This document shows, one piece after another, positions 8,042 through 16,216 of a stretch of DNA of 64,000 bases. This DNA is from a virus, in IMG/VR virus record IMGVR_UViG_3300006903_000012; one strand, 5' to 3'. The translations under genes and the position numbers were made by a program. Each line of letters opens with the position of its first letter. Position 1 is the first letter of the stretch. A model generated the notes under the pieces. The model saw only the letters and a list, made by a program, of their open reading frames with translations, had not been told where the DNA came from and ran no database searches.

Positions 8042-8955
8042 CAAGTTCCCATCTATTACTAGATGGCTTAGACTATACCTTCAAAGGCCGCGTATTATCA
8101 AGACAAAATAAAAGTCTCGATCTCGGATTTCTCCTCAGTCGTTACGGGGTCAAACTTTTACAAGTCGACTTCCCTCGGTATTACCCTCGTCTTCAGCGGT
8201 CGGGTTTCACCGATATGAGCGGCGTGCCGGGCCATTTCTTATTTTCCGATAAAGGCCGGAAAGCTAATTTTCTGCTTCCTGCTTCCGATCAATTTCTGCA
8301 TCACTTTCTCATCGAAGCTTTTTATCTTATCAGCTACCTGCCCAATATTTTTTAACTCTTCAGCCCAAAGAATCAGAACCGAAAATCCTTGCTTTTTGAT
8401 ATACTCAATACGCTTCACATCATAGCACCGCATTTTTCCATCTTTCCTATGATGGGTATACCCAAAAACATCGATAACAGCTTTAGCGTCCACTCGACAA
8501 AAATCAGGGCAGAATCTGCCAATCATTAGTCGACCATTCCCAACATACTCATACGGCAGATCCATCAATTTTAGAATATCCCGCACTTGCTGTTCGGGTA
8601 ATGATAACGGACGATTCCACAACGAGCTAGAAAGTCTTTCAGCACCATAAGTCGGATCTGTCTTATACAAAATTCTAGACTTCTTCCTTGCCTTCTTGGC
8701 GGCCTTACTTCTAACATCAGTTGTTAAGTGAGCTAGCCCGGTTTTCTCAAAAAGACCCTGCTTCATTCTTATTGAGTGTTCCTTACCCTGTTTAGCTGTT
8801 TTCTTTTTTCCTTCGGGTGTAGCATGATACAACTTCTTTGACTTTGAAATCTTCTTTGCGACTGCTTCACGTTCCTTTGCTGAACGGTTCTTCCAAAGTC
8901 TTTTTGCAGCTATTGAACATTTAATGCCTTTACTGGTCTTTTGCATATAGAATTA
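8042..8955 (-). mobile_element. group I intron (type 2) in the capsid gene, endonuclease ORF in the P1 loop
   Basis: The 5' splice site is GGGGU|UAAUUC at 8956/8955. The ORF starts 11 nt into the intron. The IGS-like GGCCC follows the ORF stop. The P4/P5 block is cttccctcggtatta..ttcaccgatatgagcgg (8169-8222). R is at 8136-8149 and S at 8069-8086. P9 is CCAUCUAGUAAUAGAUGG. Confidence 0.65.
8239..8946 (-). CDS. intron-encoded homing endonuclease, Vsr/PD-(D/E)XK-like (EDxHD-type)
   Basis: 235 aa. The C-terminus LPYEYVGNGRLMIGRFCPDFCRVDAKAVIDVFGYTHHRKDG..KRIEYIKKQGFSVLILW is paralogous to ORFs 6449, 9290 and 21560. Confidence 0.7.
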   Translation of the reverse strand: MQKTSKGIKCSIAAKRLWKNRSAKEREAVAKKISKSKKLYHATPEGKKKTAKQGKEHSIRMKQGLFEKTGLAHLTTDVRSKAAKKARKKSRILYKTDPTYGAERLSSSLWNRPLSLPEQQVRDILKLMDLPYEYVGNGRLMIGRFCPDFCRVDAKAVIDVFGYTHHRKDGKMRCYDVKRIEYIKKQGFSVLILWAEELKNIGQVADKIKSFDEKVMQKLIGSRKQKISFPAFIGK

Positions 8956-9261
8956 ACCCCATCAAGTTGCGTACTGAGCTGCGAAATACCAAGCCCTTGA
9001 ATCCGGGCCACCGCAATCGAATGGCGGATTTCTTCGTTCGTCAAACTTTTCTTCCCGCCAATATACCGGCGGGTCTGACTCTTATTCGACCCATCGTGAG
9101 TATATTCCTCAGGACAAGAACCAGGGTCGAAGAAACCTTGATAAGTTGCGCCGTCACCACTGAAGTCTAGCGTAGTCATTTCACGCCAAAGATCAGCTTG
9201 GTAATCAGTCACAACTTCTGGAAGAACTCTCCAGTTCGTGATTTCTTCGCACAACGTTAAG
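8956..9261 (-). CDS. major capsid protein, exon 4
   Basis: Most of track ORF 8910..9254, whose TTG start is an artefact: (I)LTLCEEITNWRVLPEVVTDYQADLWREMTTLDFSGDGATYQGFFDPGSCPEEYTHDGSNKSQTRRYIGGKKSLTNEEIRHSIAVARIQGLGISQLSTQLDG. Confidence 0.6.
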
Positions 9262-10270
9262 CATCATTTTCAGTTACCTGAAAGATAGACTATACCTTCA
9301 TCCTCTTTCGAGGAGCTCTGCGTATTACCGTATTGGTTTCTTTTAGTCGTTCCGACTTTTGTATCCTCTTATCAAAAATCAATAATTTAACCGCTAAGGA
9401 TTCCAAATCTTGTAATTCATCTTCATCGATAACTAAAGTCTGATATCCTTGAGATTTTATGTACTCAGTTCTTTTCTCAACTCGATCTCTCAGCTTTTTG
9501 GTCTTCTGATATGCCTTATGCCGAAAGCCACCTAGCTCAATCAAGGCGCGATAATCGTCTCTCTTAAAATCAGGACAATACCGTCCAATCATCAGTTTAC
9601 CATTACCAACAAATTCATAAGGTAATCCCAGTAGCTGTAAAAACGATTCAAGTTGGATCTCAATTCTGGACATCGAGCGCTTATTTAGAATTTTAGAAAC
9701 AGTATCAGCATGAACATCGCAAGATTTGTAATGCTCGTTTATTGATTTCTTAAACTTCTTCCTTCGAACAAGTCCGCCAATTTTCCAAATTTTCTTCTGT
9801 ATCTCAGATAGATACTTCCGATGAGATGCTGTTCTGACAGTTTTTCGTAGCGCTGTAGTTCTTCGTTTTCGTATTTTGGGGTCTGTCCATTCCAATTTTC
9901 TCATCTCACTGCGTCGTTTCTGCTTATCTGGATCAGAGTAATAGATATCTTGTTGTCGCTTTGCTCTTTCTTTTATTTTGCTAGGAGTCAGAATCCGCTT
10001 CTGAGCGACACTCTTCGCTTTATTTACCCTCTTAAGTTCTGACTTAGATATCTTATACTTGTATGCTCGTACTGGCTTTCCTGTTCTTGGACTTGTTCTA
10101 ATTTTATTTTTCCGGCTCAAGGCCAATCCTCCTACTTTACAATACGGTCTCGCCTTTCGGCTCAGTCGTTACGGGGTCACGAAGACTTCCCTCGGTGTTG
10201 TCCCTGTGGGAGTTCACCGATATGAGCAGAGTTGTTTCATGTGTATTACTACACAAGGAGACCTTAGTTG
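9262..10270 (-). mobile_element. group I intron (type 2) in the capsid gene, endonuclease ORF in P8
   Basis: P1 is GAGAU|CAACUAAGGUCUC and P2 is UGUGUAGUAAUACACA. The P4/P5 block spans 10187-10230. R is cagtcgttacgggg (10163-10176) and S is agactataccttcatcc (9287-9303), which contains the ORF stop. P9 is UUUCAGGUAACUGAAA followed by AUGAUG at 9262. Confidence 0.7.
9290..10126 (-). CDS. intron-encoded homing endonuclease, Vsr/PD-(D/E)XK-like (EDxHD-type)
   Basis: 278 aa with a basic repeat-rich N-terminus. The C-terminus is LPYEFVGNGKLMIGRYCPDFKRDDYRALIELGGFRHKAYQ..KRTEYIKSQGYQTLVI. Confidence 0.7.
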   Translation of the reverse strand: MALSRKNKIRTSPRTGKPVRAYKYKISKSELKRVNKAKSVAQKRILTPSKIKERAKRQQDIYYSDPDKQKRRSEMRKLEWTDPKIRKRRTTALRKTVRTASHRKYLSEIQKKIWKIGGLVRRKKFKKSINEHYKSCDVHADTVSKILNKRSMSRIEIQLESFLQLLGLPYEFVGNGKLMIGRYCPDFKRDDYRALIELGGFRHKAYQKTKKLRDRVEKRTEYIKSQGYQTLVIDEDELQDLESLAVKLLIFDKRIQKSERLKETNTVIRRAPRKRMKV

Positions 10271-10283
10271 ATCTCAGTTGGAT
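10271..10283 (-). CDS. major capsid protein, exon 3 (13-nt microexon; alternative solution 10271..10293)
   Basis: AUCCAACUGAGAU lies between the 3' end of the intron above (..CCGAUUG) and the P1 of the intron below. Two splice-site pairings keep the frame: ..TAQ-Y-PTE-I-LTL.. or ..TAQYP-QPIDPTE-I-LTL.. Confidence 0.35.
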
Positions 10284-10491
10284 CAATCGGTTGCTTTGTT
10301 ATCTATATCTTCACATTCGATATAGGTCAGACTATCTCATCACCCACGTTTGTGGGGCTTCCCTCTTAGTCGTTACACATTGCCCGACTGCAGTTAGCAA
10401 TCTGCTTAGCTCGGTGTTGGCATCACAGCGTTCACCGAATTCGAGAAGTTTTATATCAGTTAATTACTTAACTGTACCCCCAACCGAGGGT
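10284..10491 (-). mobile_element. compact ORF-less group I intron (type 1) in the capsid gene
   Basis: About 200 nt. P1 is CCCAAU|..GUUGGG (alternatively ACCCU|..GGGGU). P2 is CAGUUAAGUAAUUAACUG. The P4/P5 block is gctcggtgttggcatcacagcgttcaccgaattcgag (10409-10445). R is tagtcgttacac (10367-10378), P8 is CCCACAAACGUGGG and S is gtcagactatctc (10326-10345). The 3' tail is GAUAACAAAG. Confidence 0.65.
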
Positions 10492-10532
10492 ATTGGGCCG
10501 TAAAATCGGTTGGCGTCACATACGGTTGTGGA
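10492..10532 (-). CDS. major capsid protein, exon 2 (41-46 nt)
   Basis: (L)PQPYVTPTDFTAQ(Y) begins right after the ..UAACAAAAUG 3' end of the upstream intron. The 3' boundary is 10492 or 10487, depending on which P1 is used. Confidence 0.4.
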
Positions 10533-11021
10533 CATTTTGTTACTTAGGAAGTGATTCTATAAATTCATCTATTGTTGCGAACTCTGTGTAGCGTCCATTG
10601 ATTATATCTTCGTCTACTTTGGCTTCTTTCTGTTGCCATTCCTTTGTCCAAAACCATTGCTGATCTAACAAAGAACTTGCTAACAACAGACTAGTCCAGA
10701 TACTGACAAGTCGTCCGTTTGATTTCCTCAAAGCTATATAATCAAACAAGAAGACCCTTGGAACCTGAAGCAATCGACCAAACCAAGAACGTCGCTTCAA
10801 TGGATAAACCATAACTTATCTCCTAAGGATCAATCATTTCTGTTGATCTCTTACACTTCTAATTTGTGCAAGTTCAGACTATCTCTTCGTCTTGAAAGAC
10901 GCTATCCGTATAGTCGTTACACATTTAGTTAATTGATTAACTTTTAGCTCGGGATTAGCGTCGCAGCCTTCCCCGAATTAGGATAGATCGCATAAATAAA
11001 TCTTATGCCCCTCACTATTGA
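10533..11021 (-). mobile_element. group I intron (type 1) in the capsid gene, with a 90-aa ORF near its 3' end
   Basis: P1 is CCU|UCA-AUAG-UGAGGG with a U.G pair at 11022. P2 is GCAUAAGAUUUAUUUAUGC. The P4/P5 block is agctcgggattagcgtcgcagccttccccgaatta (10944-10980). R is tagtcgttacac (10911-10922) and S is gttcagactatctc (10872-10885). The ORF runs 10812 -> 10540, and the 3' end is GUAACAAAAUG at 10533. Confidence 0.65.
10540..10812 (-). CDS. intron-encoded protein of unknown function (no nuclease motif seen)
   Basis: ATG preceded by AGGAGAUAAGUU. 90 aa, MVYPLKRRSWFGRLL...WTKEWQQKEAKVDEDIINGRYTEFATIDEFIESLPK. It lies between the S element and the predicted 3' splice site. Confidence 0.5.
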   Translation of the reverse strand: MVYPLKRRSWFGRLLQVPRVFLFDYIALRKSNGRLVSIWTSLLLASSLLDQQWFWTKEWQQKEAKVDEDIINGRYTEFATIDEFIESLPK

Positions 11022-11296
11022 AGGATCACCGGATCCGTCGCCTTTGTCACCAACCCGCCATCCAACCCTTTGGATTTCAAAATATGCTCTGTCATAGACT
11101 TCACGAGCAACGGATCAGCTTCGAAACCCTGGGCATTCAAATTCTTCAAAACTTGTTTCGTAATTTCGTCAGCGCCGTATGGATCATTCAGATTCACACC
11201 AGCGCTTTTTGCAAACAGACGAGCCGCATCATTGGCCGACATACCAGCCACCGGCAACACTTGCGGCACCGTCAACATATTATCAAAAGCATCCAT
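11022..11296 (-). CDS. major capsid protein, exon 1
   Basis: ATG at 11296, 20 nt after the scaffold gene stop. MDAFDNMLTVPQVLPVAGMS...GLVTKATDPVI. The track ORF stop at 11015 falls inside the P1 loop of the first intron. Confidence 0.6.
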
Positions 11297-11316
11297 GTTA
11301 CAAAAATTCCCTAAAC

Positions 11317-12888
11317 TTAATATCTGGGACCCGACACTGTCGATTGCGCTAATTCAGAAGCGCGAAATTTCTTGATCGGCACCTGATCGCCACTTAACGC
11401 TGGAAATGATAAATCACCAGCTTGTGGAGCTGATTGAGTCGGAGTATCTGGCCGAAGCATTCCCAACGACTTACGCTGGGGACCTTTTCGACTAGATACT
11501 GACTCAACTTCTTTTTCGGTCAAGGCTTTGATTAGCGTTTCTACTTTTGCTTCCAAACCAGCTGTCTGCGACTTGTATCGAGCTTCTACCTGCTCAACCG
11601 CATGTGTTACCGCGGCCTGCACCGTCGCAGTTAAATCTACCTGACTCGGTTCTGTCGTTTGGTTAATAAAATCAACTACTGCTGGCACGAACTCATTCAG
11701 AGACTTCTGCATAAGTTCGCGTTTTTCCAGCCGACTGTAATTACCACTATCTAATGTCTGCAAAAATGAGTCGGACCATTTTTGCAGAAATGCCTCAGCC
11801 GGAGATATGGTTGCGGACTTAACATCGGCATTTGCTTGCGTCCGAACCTTGACATCTGTATCGACTGGCGTTGTTGATTTCTTTTTTGCAGCCTTGACTG
11901 GAGTCGGTGGCTGCATCGCTTGCTTTTTCGCATCATCGGTCGGTTGTTTAGAAAACATTAGCCGACCTTCTTCTGCTTCATCTTCGGGTGTTTCAGCGGC
12001 GTCCACTTCCGGATCTTCCATTGCCTCTTCTTGCTGTTGGTCAATTTGCGGATGTTGATTGATCTGTTCTTCCGGAATAGGGGCTGGATTGCCACCTACT
12101 TTTTGCATCGGTTGGGGCGCTGGATTCATATCAGTTGCCGCTGCTTGACCTTCAGCGGTAATTCCACCGTCTGGAGTTGCAGCTAATGAATGAGCATAAT
12201 CCCGCACAGCACTAACCAAATTAGCAGCATGTGCCAAAAGTTCACCTTTATTTCCCATTCCCGGCGACGCTAGTGCTTTCTGCACTGATTCCAAGGCAAC
12301 TATCGCATCGGCCACTAATTCATCTTCAACATCTGATTTTCTATAAGAAACTTCAGGCGAGGCTTCAACTGACATATCATCCGAATTAGTTTCATCTTCA
12401 GACATCTCAACGTCTTCAGTCCCATCAACTTCAGAATGAGTATGTTGTTTCTTAGCCTTATGTTTCTCAACTTCATCATCTGGTGCTGACTCATGTCCTT
12501 CATCTACATCTTGCTCAGTTTCATCAGTCAACTCATCCGTCGGCTCGTCTTCAGCATCAATGACATCCGGATTCGGCTGCAATTCATCTAAATCTTCACC
12601 ACTATAGTTCTGAGTATCGGCCTGCATCTCTTCTGGCAACACACTCATTGTACCATTAGCTGTTGCTTTACCAACCATCTTGCCACATTCCGGACAATCA
12701 ACATCTTCACTGGAAAACGAAGTCTTGCAGTTCGGGCATTCTCGCATGTGCGACTTTATAACTAATTCTGTTTCCGTATTCGATTTTCCAACTCTCTTTG
12801 ATAAATCTTTCTGAACTAATTTCTGTGCCAGCACCGGATTATTCAAAACGGCCCTAGCGTCGTCTTGCTTTGTTTTAATTTGTCCCAT
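11317..12888 (-). CDS. scaffolding-like protein (very acidic, with a zinc ribbon)
   Basis: 523 aa, located between the protease and capsid genes. It has long D/E-rich tracts, a CPNCKTSF..CPECG ribbon and a coiled C-terminal part. Confidence 0.5.
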   Translation of the reverse strand: MGQIKTKQDDARAVLNNPVLAQKLVQKDLSKRVGKSNTETELVIKSHMRECPNCKTSFSSEDVDCPECGKMVGKATANGTMSVLPEEMQADTQNYSGEDLDELQPNPDVIDAEDEPTDELTDETEQDVDEGHESAPDDEVEKHKAKKQHTHSEVDGTEDVEMSEDETNSDDMSVEASPEVSYRKSDVEDELVADAIVALESVQKALASPGMGNKGELLAHAANLVSAVRDYAHSLAATPDGGITAEGQAAATDMNPAPQPMQKVGGNPAPIPEEQINQHPQIDQQQEEAMEDPEVDAAETPEDEAEEGRLMFSKQPTDDAKKQAMQPPTPVKAAKKKSTTPVDTDVKVRTQANADVKSATISPAEAFLQKWSDSFLQTLDSGNYSRLEKRELMQKSLNEFVPAVVDFINQTTEPSQVDLTATVQAAVTHAVEQVEARYKSQTAGLEAKVETLIKALTEKEVESVSSRKGPQRKSLGMLRPDTPTQSAPQAGDLSFPALSGDQVPIKKFRASELAQSTVSGPRY

Positions 12889-12895
12889 CTAACAC

Positions 12896-15800
12896 CTAAG
12901 AAACTGACACTAGTGTTTCGGCCACAACCGGCACTCTGGTAAACGCAAAATGTTCGATCCAGCCCCTCAGAAAATCACGCTGATTACTGGACTTCTTAAT
13001 TACACCATCTGAATCGGGATAAAATCCCATTGAAATTCTAATACAATCTTCATGCGGAATTTTATTTTGAATGTCTGATTTGACTTCTTGATACAACTGC
13101 CGACCTAATGCTGTCGGAAAAAAGATACCCCGTGCTTTTGGTTGCCGACCGTCTATCCAAATGTCAGTTGCGATCCCAGCGCTCAATCGTTCAGTTCCAC
13201 ATTTAGGACATAGATAATCAGTTAACGATTTGAACTCATAACCGCAGTCACAATCATAGAGAGAATAATGCGCGACACTGGCAAACGGCGGCGGAACTGT
13301 TTTTGATTTGAACCGTCGAATGGCTTCTTCATAAAATGCTTTAGTAACTTTATCGCCTTCAATATCTCTATCGAATTTGGTGGTAGTGGCTTCCCACTCC
13401 ATCATCCCATCATCTTTTATGCGAGCTTTTGTAATTCGCCACTCAGTTCGGAAAACATCAGAACTAAAAGAGATGGGAACTAAAGTTTGTGACTTTTTAA
13501 CTTGTGCGTCTGAAAAATCATCTAAGATTTTATCTGCCAGTTTAGAGTTAAGGGCATAATAATTTTTCAAATGTTTTTTAGCTTCCGAAATACTATCTTT
13601 ATCTGAGCTATCTCGAGATAGATGTGACCAAACATCACCAACAATTGCAGTCCCATAACGATCAACAAGTTTCGAAAGCATCTTATTAGAAGCTACATCT
13701 GAGTTATATCTACGTCTGGCATTATTATTTGTTGATCCTGAAAGAGTTGGCGCAACCTTTTGAAAAGCATTCTGATTTCCGGTGCCCTCTCCAACTCCAA
13801 TAACATGCTCACCAGGCAAAGAATTACTATGACCATGTGTACTTTGGTCATGCTTGCCTGGGAGATGTTTCTGTTCACCACCACTCTTCTCTTCTGCATC
13901 TGCTCGCCAAGCATCTAAACATTCATACTCTTTTGGATTCTTATTCGGTTGGAATCCATCTCGTGCCTTCTCAAACGCATCGGCCGCTTGTGAATATTTA
14001 CCAGCGTGATAAGCATTCCACCCTTGCGCAATCCATTTACCTGAATAGTATTTGTAATATTCTGACCAGATAGCTTTCAAGCAGCTTTGATCGGCCTTGG
14101 AAATAAGCGACTTACCTACCTTATCCAAAAGAACATCTTGATAATCGGCAATTTGTTCGCCCAAATTCTCAATGCCTTGCGACAACCTAGTTCTGGCTGT
14201 GGGATCTTTTGTTGAAGACAGATCTTCTTTTGCTCGAGCACGCTGTTGTTGAGCTAAATCGATTCTAGAATGTAACTCGGAAGTAGATAACTTGTTAAGT
14301 ATCTTTTGGTCTCGCTGTCTTTCATCGGCAGTACGGTTTGATAGAACTTTTCTTGTTGTCGGAACCTTCGCCCCGCCTCCTACCTTCTTCTTCGCCGCTG
14401 CAATGCTAGTATCATTATCTTTGGCATATTGTCGAGCCGCCGCATCGCGCAGTTGAGCAGATGTATGCGCAACTTTCCCACTGGCGCCTTTGATGCCAGC
14501 ATGACTCGACTGGTCGTGTTGTCCAGGGAGATGTTTTTCTTCCAATATATGTCGACTTGCCGCTAAATATGCTTTTAGCGACTTAAAATCTGAACCTTTG
14601 CCACGACCATAAATATCAAGTCCTTTTGAACTATGATGCTCCCACTTGCCAGAATCAGCAATATATATAGAATGTTCCAACTGATTACGTCCGTTACCCG
14701 TAGTGGACTCATATAGATCTACACCTCGTATAGGCAACGGATTATATTTAAATCCGTGTTCACTTAGCATCTTAGTAAATTCAGGTGACCGCGGAGTTCT
14801 GGTTCGACCATGACTGCTTTGGTCATGTTTACCCGGCAAATGCTTCTGCTTACTCTCATGTATCTCATTATACTTCTTGTGAACCTCAGGAATTTTATGA
14901 TCTTCTGAACCATCGTCTGCCAGTTGACCGATCTCCCGCAACTCATCTTGATAAAGAAATCGGTGGTAACCTTTTGGAAGTAGTGACTTTGTTTCTTCAT
15001 CAGTCTCGAATTCAATATCATCCAATGCAGAAGTAGCTAATTCGATTACATTCCGCCAAGCATCCCGTTCAGCTGACGTATAGTTATAAATCTTCCTAGG
15101 TTTATCAAGCTCTCTCGACAAGGCAGAAACCGCGGAATTAATGTCATGCTGTGTCTCTGGAGTAAGGTCTTCGATCTCACTGGACTGTCGTAACTGTCTC
15201 AACAAGTCTCGACCAGCACCTCGTCCGGCCCTGGTTCCCGGTCCGAACTTTTTCAGATCAGACAGATGTGACTGACCATAACCAGCATGACTTTGTTGGT
15301 CATGTTTACCCGGCAAGTGTTTCTCAACTGCCGCCACAAACAAACTCTTCTGTAACAAATAATTCTGTCGCGCTTTTTCGACTTCATTATGCGGTTGATA
15401 CTCATGCCCGCATTTTGAGCATTTATGAGTTCCGCGTCCAATATGTGGATCTTCAACTGTACTACCGCATTTAGGACAAGCGGCAGTTGGGAAATGTTTC
15501 TCAGTCATTGATTTCTTGTATTGCTGATTCGAGAAGATATTATCACTTATAAATCGATCCACTTGTAAATTAGCATCATCAAAATCACCACGATCATAAT
15601 CTACACTTTTCCAATCGAAATTATCTCTGTCTCCATTAGAAACAAAAAACTCTGCTAATACAGTTCTGCCAGAATCGGGCAAAGCCGGTATAGTATCAGC
15701 AACATAATTCAACTTAACATCATTTGACATCTGATTTATCCAAACATCAGCTGCTTGTTTTTTTGATTTCGCACGTCCACTGCGTACTAAGTCTGATGTT

Positions 15801-16216
15801 ATTTGTGACTCAAAACTTTTAACAAGTTCCTTTGCTGCACTTGTCACATCGGCATCAGATGCTTTATATGGATCAGGTCTCTTTTGTCTCATCTTCCCGG
15901 CATGTGTTCCTTGATCGTGCTTGCCGGGAAAGTGCTTTTCCGATAACGATTTCTGATTCTGCTTAGCAACAAATGCTAACAATTCATCAGGATCAATTTC
16001 TATTTCTCCGCCACCGAAATTATGTGCGCCAAGATGCGCTTCTGGAATCGATTTCTCGTGCTTGAAATACTCGACTTCAGCCAGACGCTTTGTGGCCCAG
16101 TCTTTACTAGGTCCGCAACCTAGATTTCTTTTTCCGTCTTCACTAACCACACACCACTGATTGCCTTTTTTCTTAATCCGCTTTTCAACCAACTCGCTGA
16201 TTACAAAGTCGGCCAT
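12896..16216 (-). CDS. large virion polyprotein with C-terminal HK97-type prohead protease domain
   Basis: 1106 aa with five copies of KH(L/F)PG(K/Q)HDQ..H(A)G. The C-terminal 200 or so aa (about 12896-13500) read FDRDIEGDKVTKAFYEEAI..ASVAHYS..RISMGFYP..HFAFTRVPVVAETLV, which resembles S78/U35 prohead proteases, with an inserted CDCG..CPKCG ribbon. Confidence 0.65.
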   Translation of the reverse strand: MADFVISELVEKRIKKKGNQWCVVSEDGKRNLGCGPSKDWATKRLAEVEYFKHEKSIPEAHLGAHNFGGGEIEIDPDELLAFVAKQNQKSLSEKHFPGKHDQGTHAGKMRQKRPDPYKASDADVTSAAKELVKSFESQITSDLVRSGRAKSKKQAADVWINQMSNDVKLNYVADTIPALPDSGRTVLAEFFVSNGDRDNFDWKSVDYDRGDFDDANLQVDRFISDNIFSNQQYKKSMTEKHFPTAACPKCGSTVEDPHIGRGTHKCSKCGHEYQPHNEVEKARQNYLLQKSLFVAAVEKHLPGKHDQQSHAGYGQSHLSDLKKFGPGTRAGRGAGRDLLRQLRQSSEIEDLTPETQHDINSAVSALSRELDKPRKIYNYTSAERDAWRNVIELATSALDDIEFETDEETKSLLPKGYHRFLYQDELREIGQLADDGSEDHKIPEVHKKYNEIHESKQKHLPGKHDQSSHGRTRTPRSPEFTKMLSEHGFKYNPLPIRGVDLYESTTGNGRNQLEHSIYIADSGKWEHHSSKGLDIYGRGKGSDFKSLKAYLAASRHILEEKHLPGQHDQSSHAGIKGASGKVAHTSAQLRDAAARQYAKDNDTSIAAAKKKVGGGAKVPTTRKVLSNRTADERQRDQKILNKLSTSELHSRIDLAQQQRARAKEDLSSTKDPTARTRLSQGIENLGEQIADYQDVLLDKVGKSLISKADQSCLKAIWSEYYKYYSGKWIAQGWNAYHAGKYSQAADAFEKARDGFQPNKNPKEYECLDAWRADAEEKSGGEQKHLPGKHDQSTHGHSNSLPGEHVIGVGEGTGNQNAFQKVAPTLSGSTNNNARRRYNSDVASNKMLSKLVDRYGTAIVGDVWSHLSRDSSDKDSISEAKKHLKNYYALNSKLADKILDDFSDAQVKKSQTLVPISFSSDVFRTEWRITKARIKDDGMMEWEATTTKFDRDIEGDKVTKAFYEEAIRRFKSKTVPPPFASVAHYSLYDCDCGYEFKSLTDYLCPKCGTERLSAGIATDIWIDGRQPKARGIFFPTALGRQLYQEVKSDIQNKIPHEDCIRISMGFYPDSDGVIKKSSNQRDFLRGWIEHFAFTRVPVVAETLVSVS

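Noticed and set aside
4700-10930. The repeated 12-20 nt words (tagtcgttacac, cagtcgttacgggg, agactataccttcatcc, ttcaccgaattcgag) as a CRISPR array or transposon terminal repeats.
   Set aside because: Spacing is irregular, from 40 nt to more than 900 nt. The words occur in fixed order and orientation matching the P4/R/S elements of the group I core. They pair with each other as P7. No cas genes or transposase are present.
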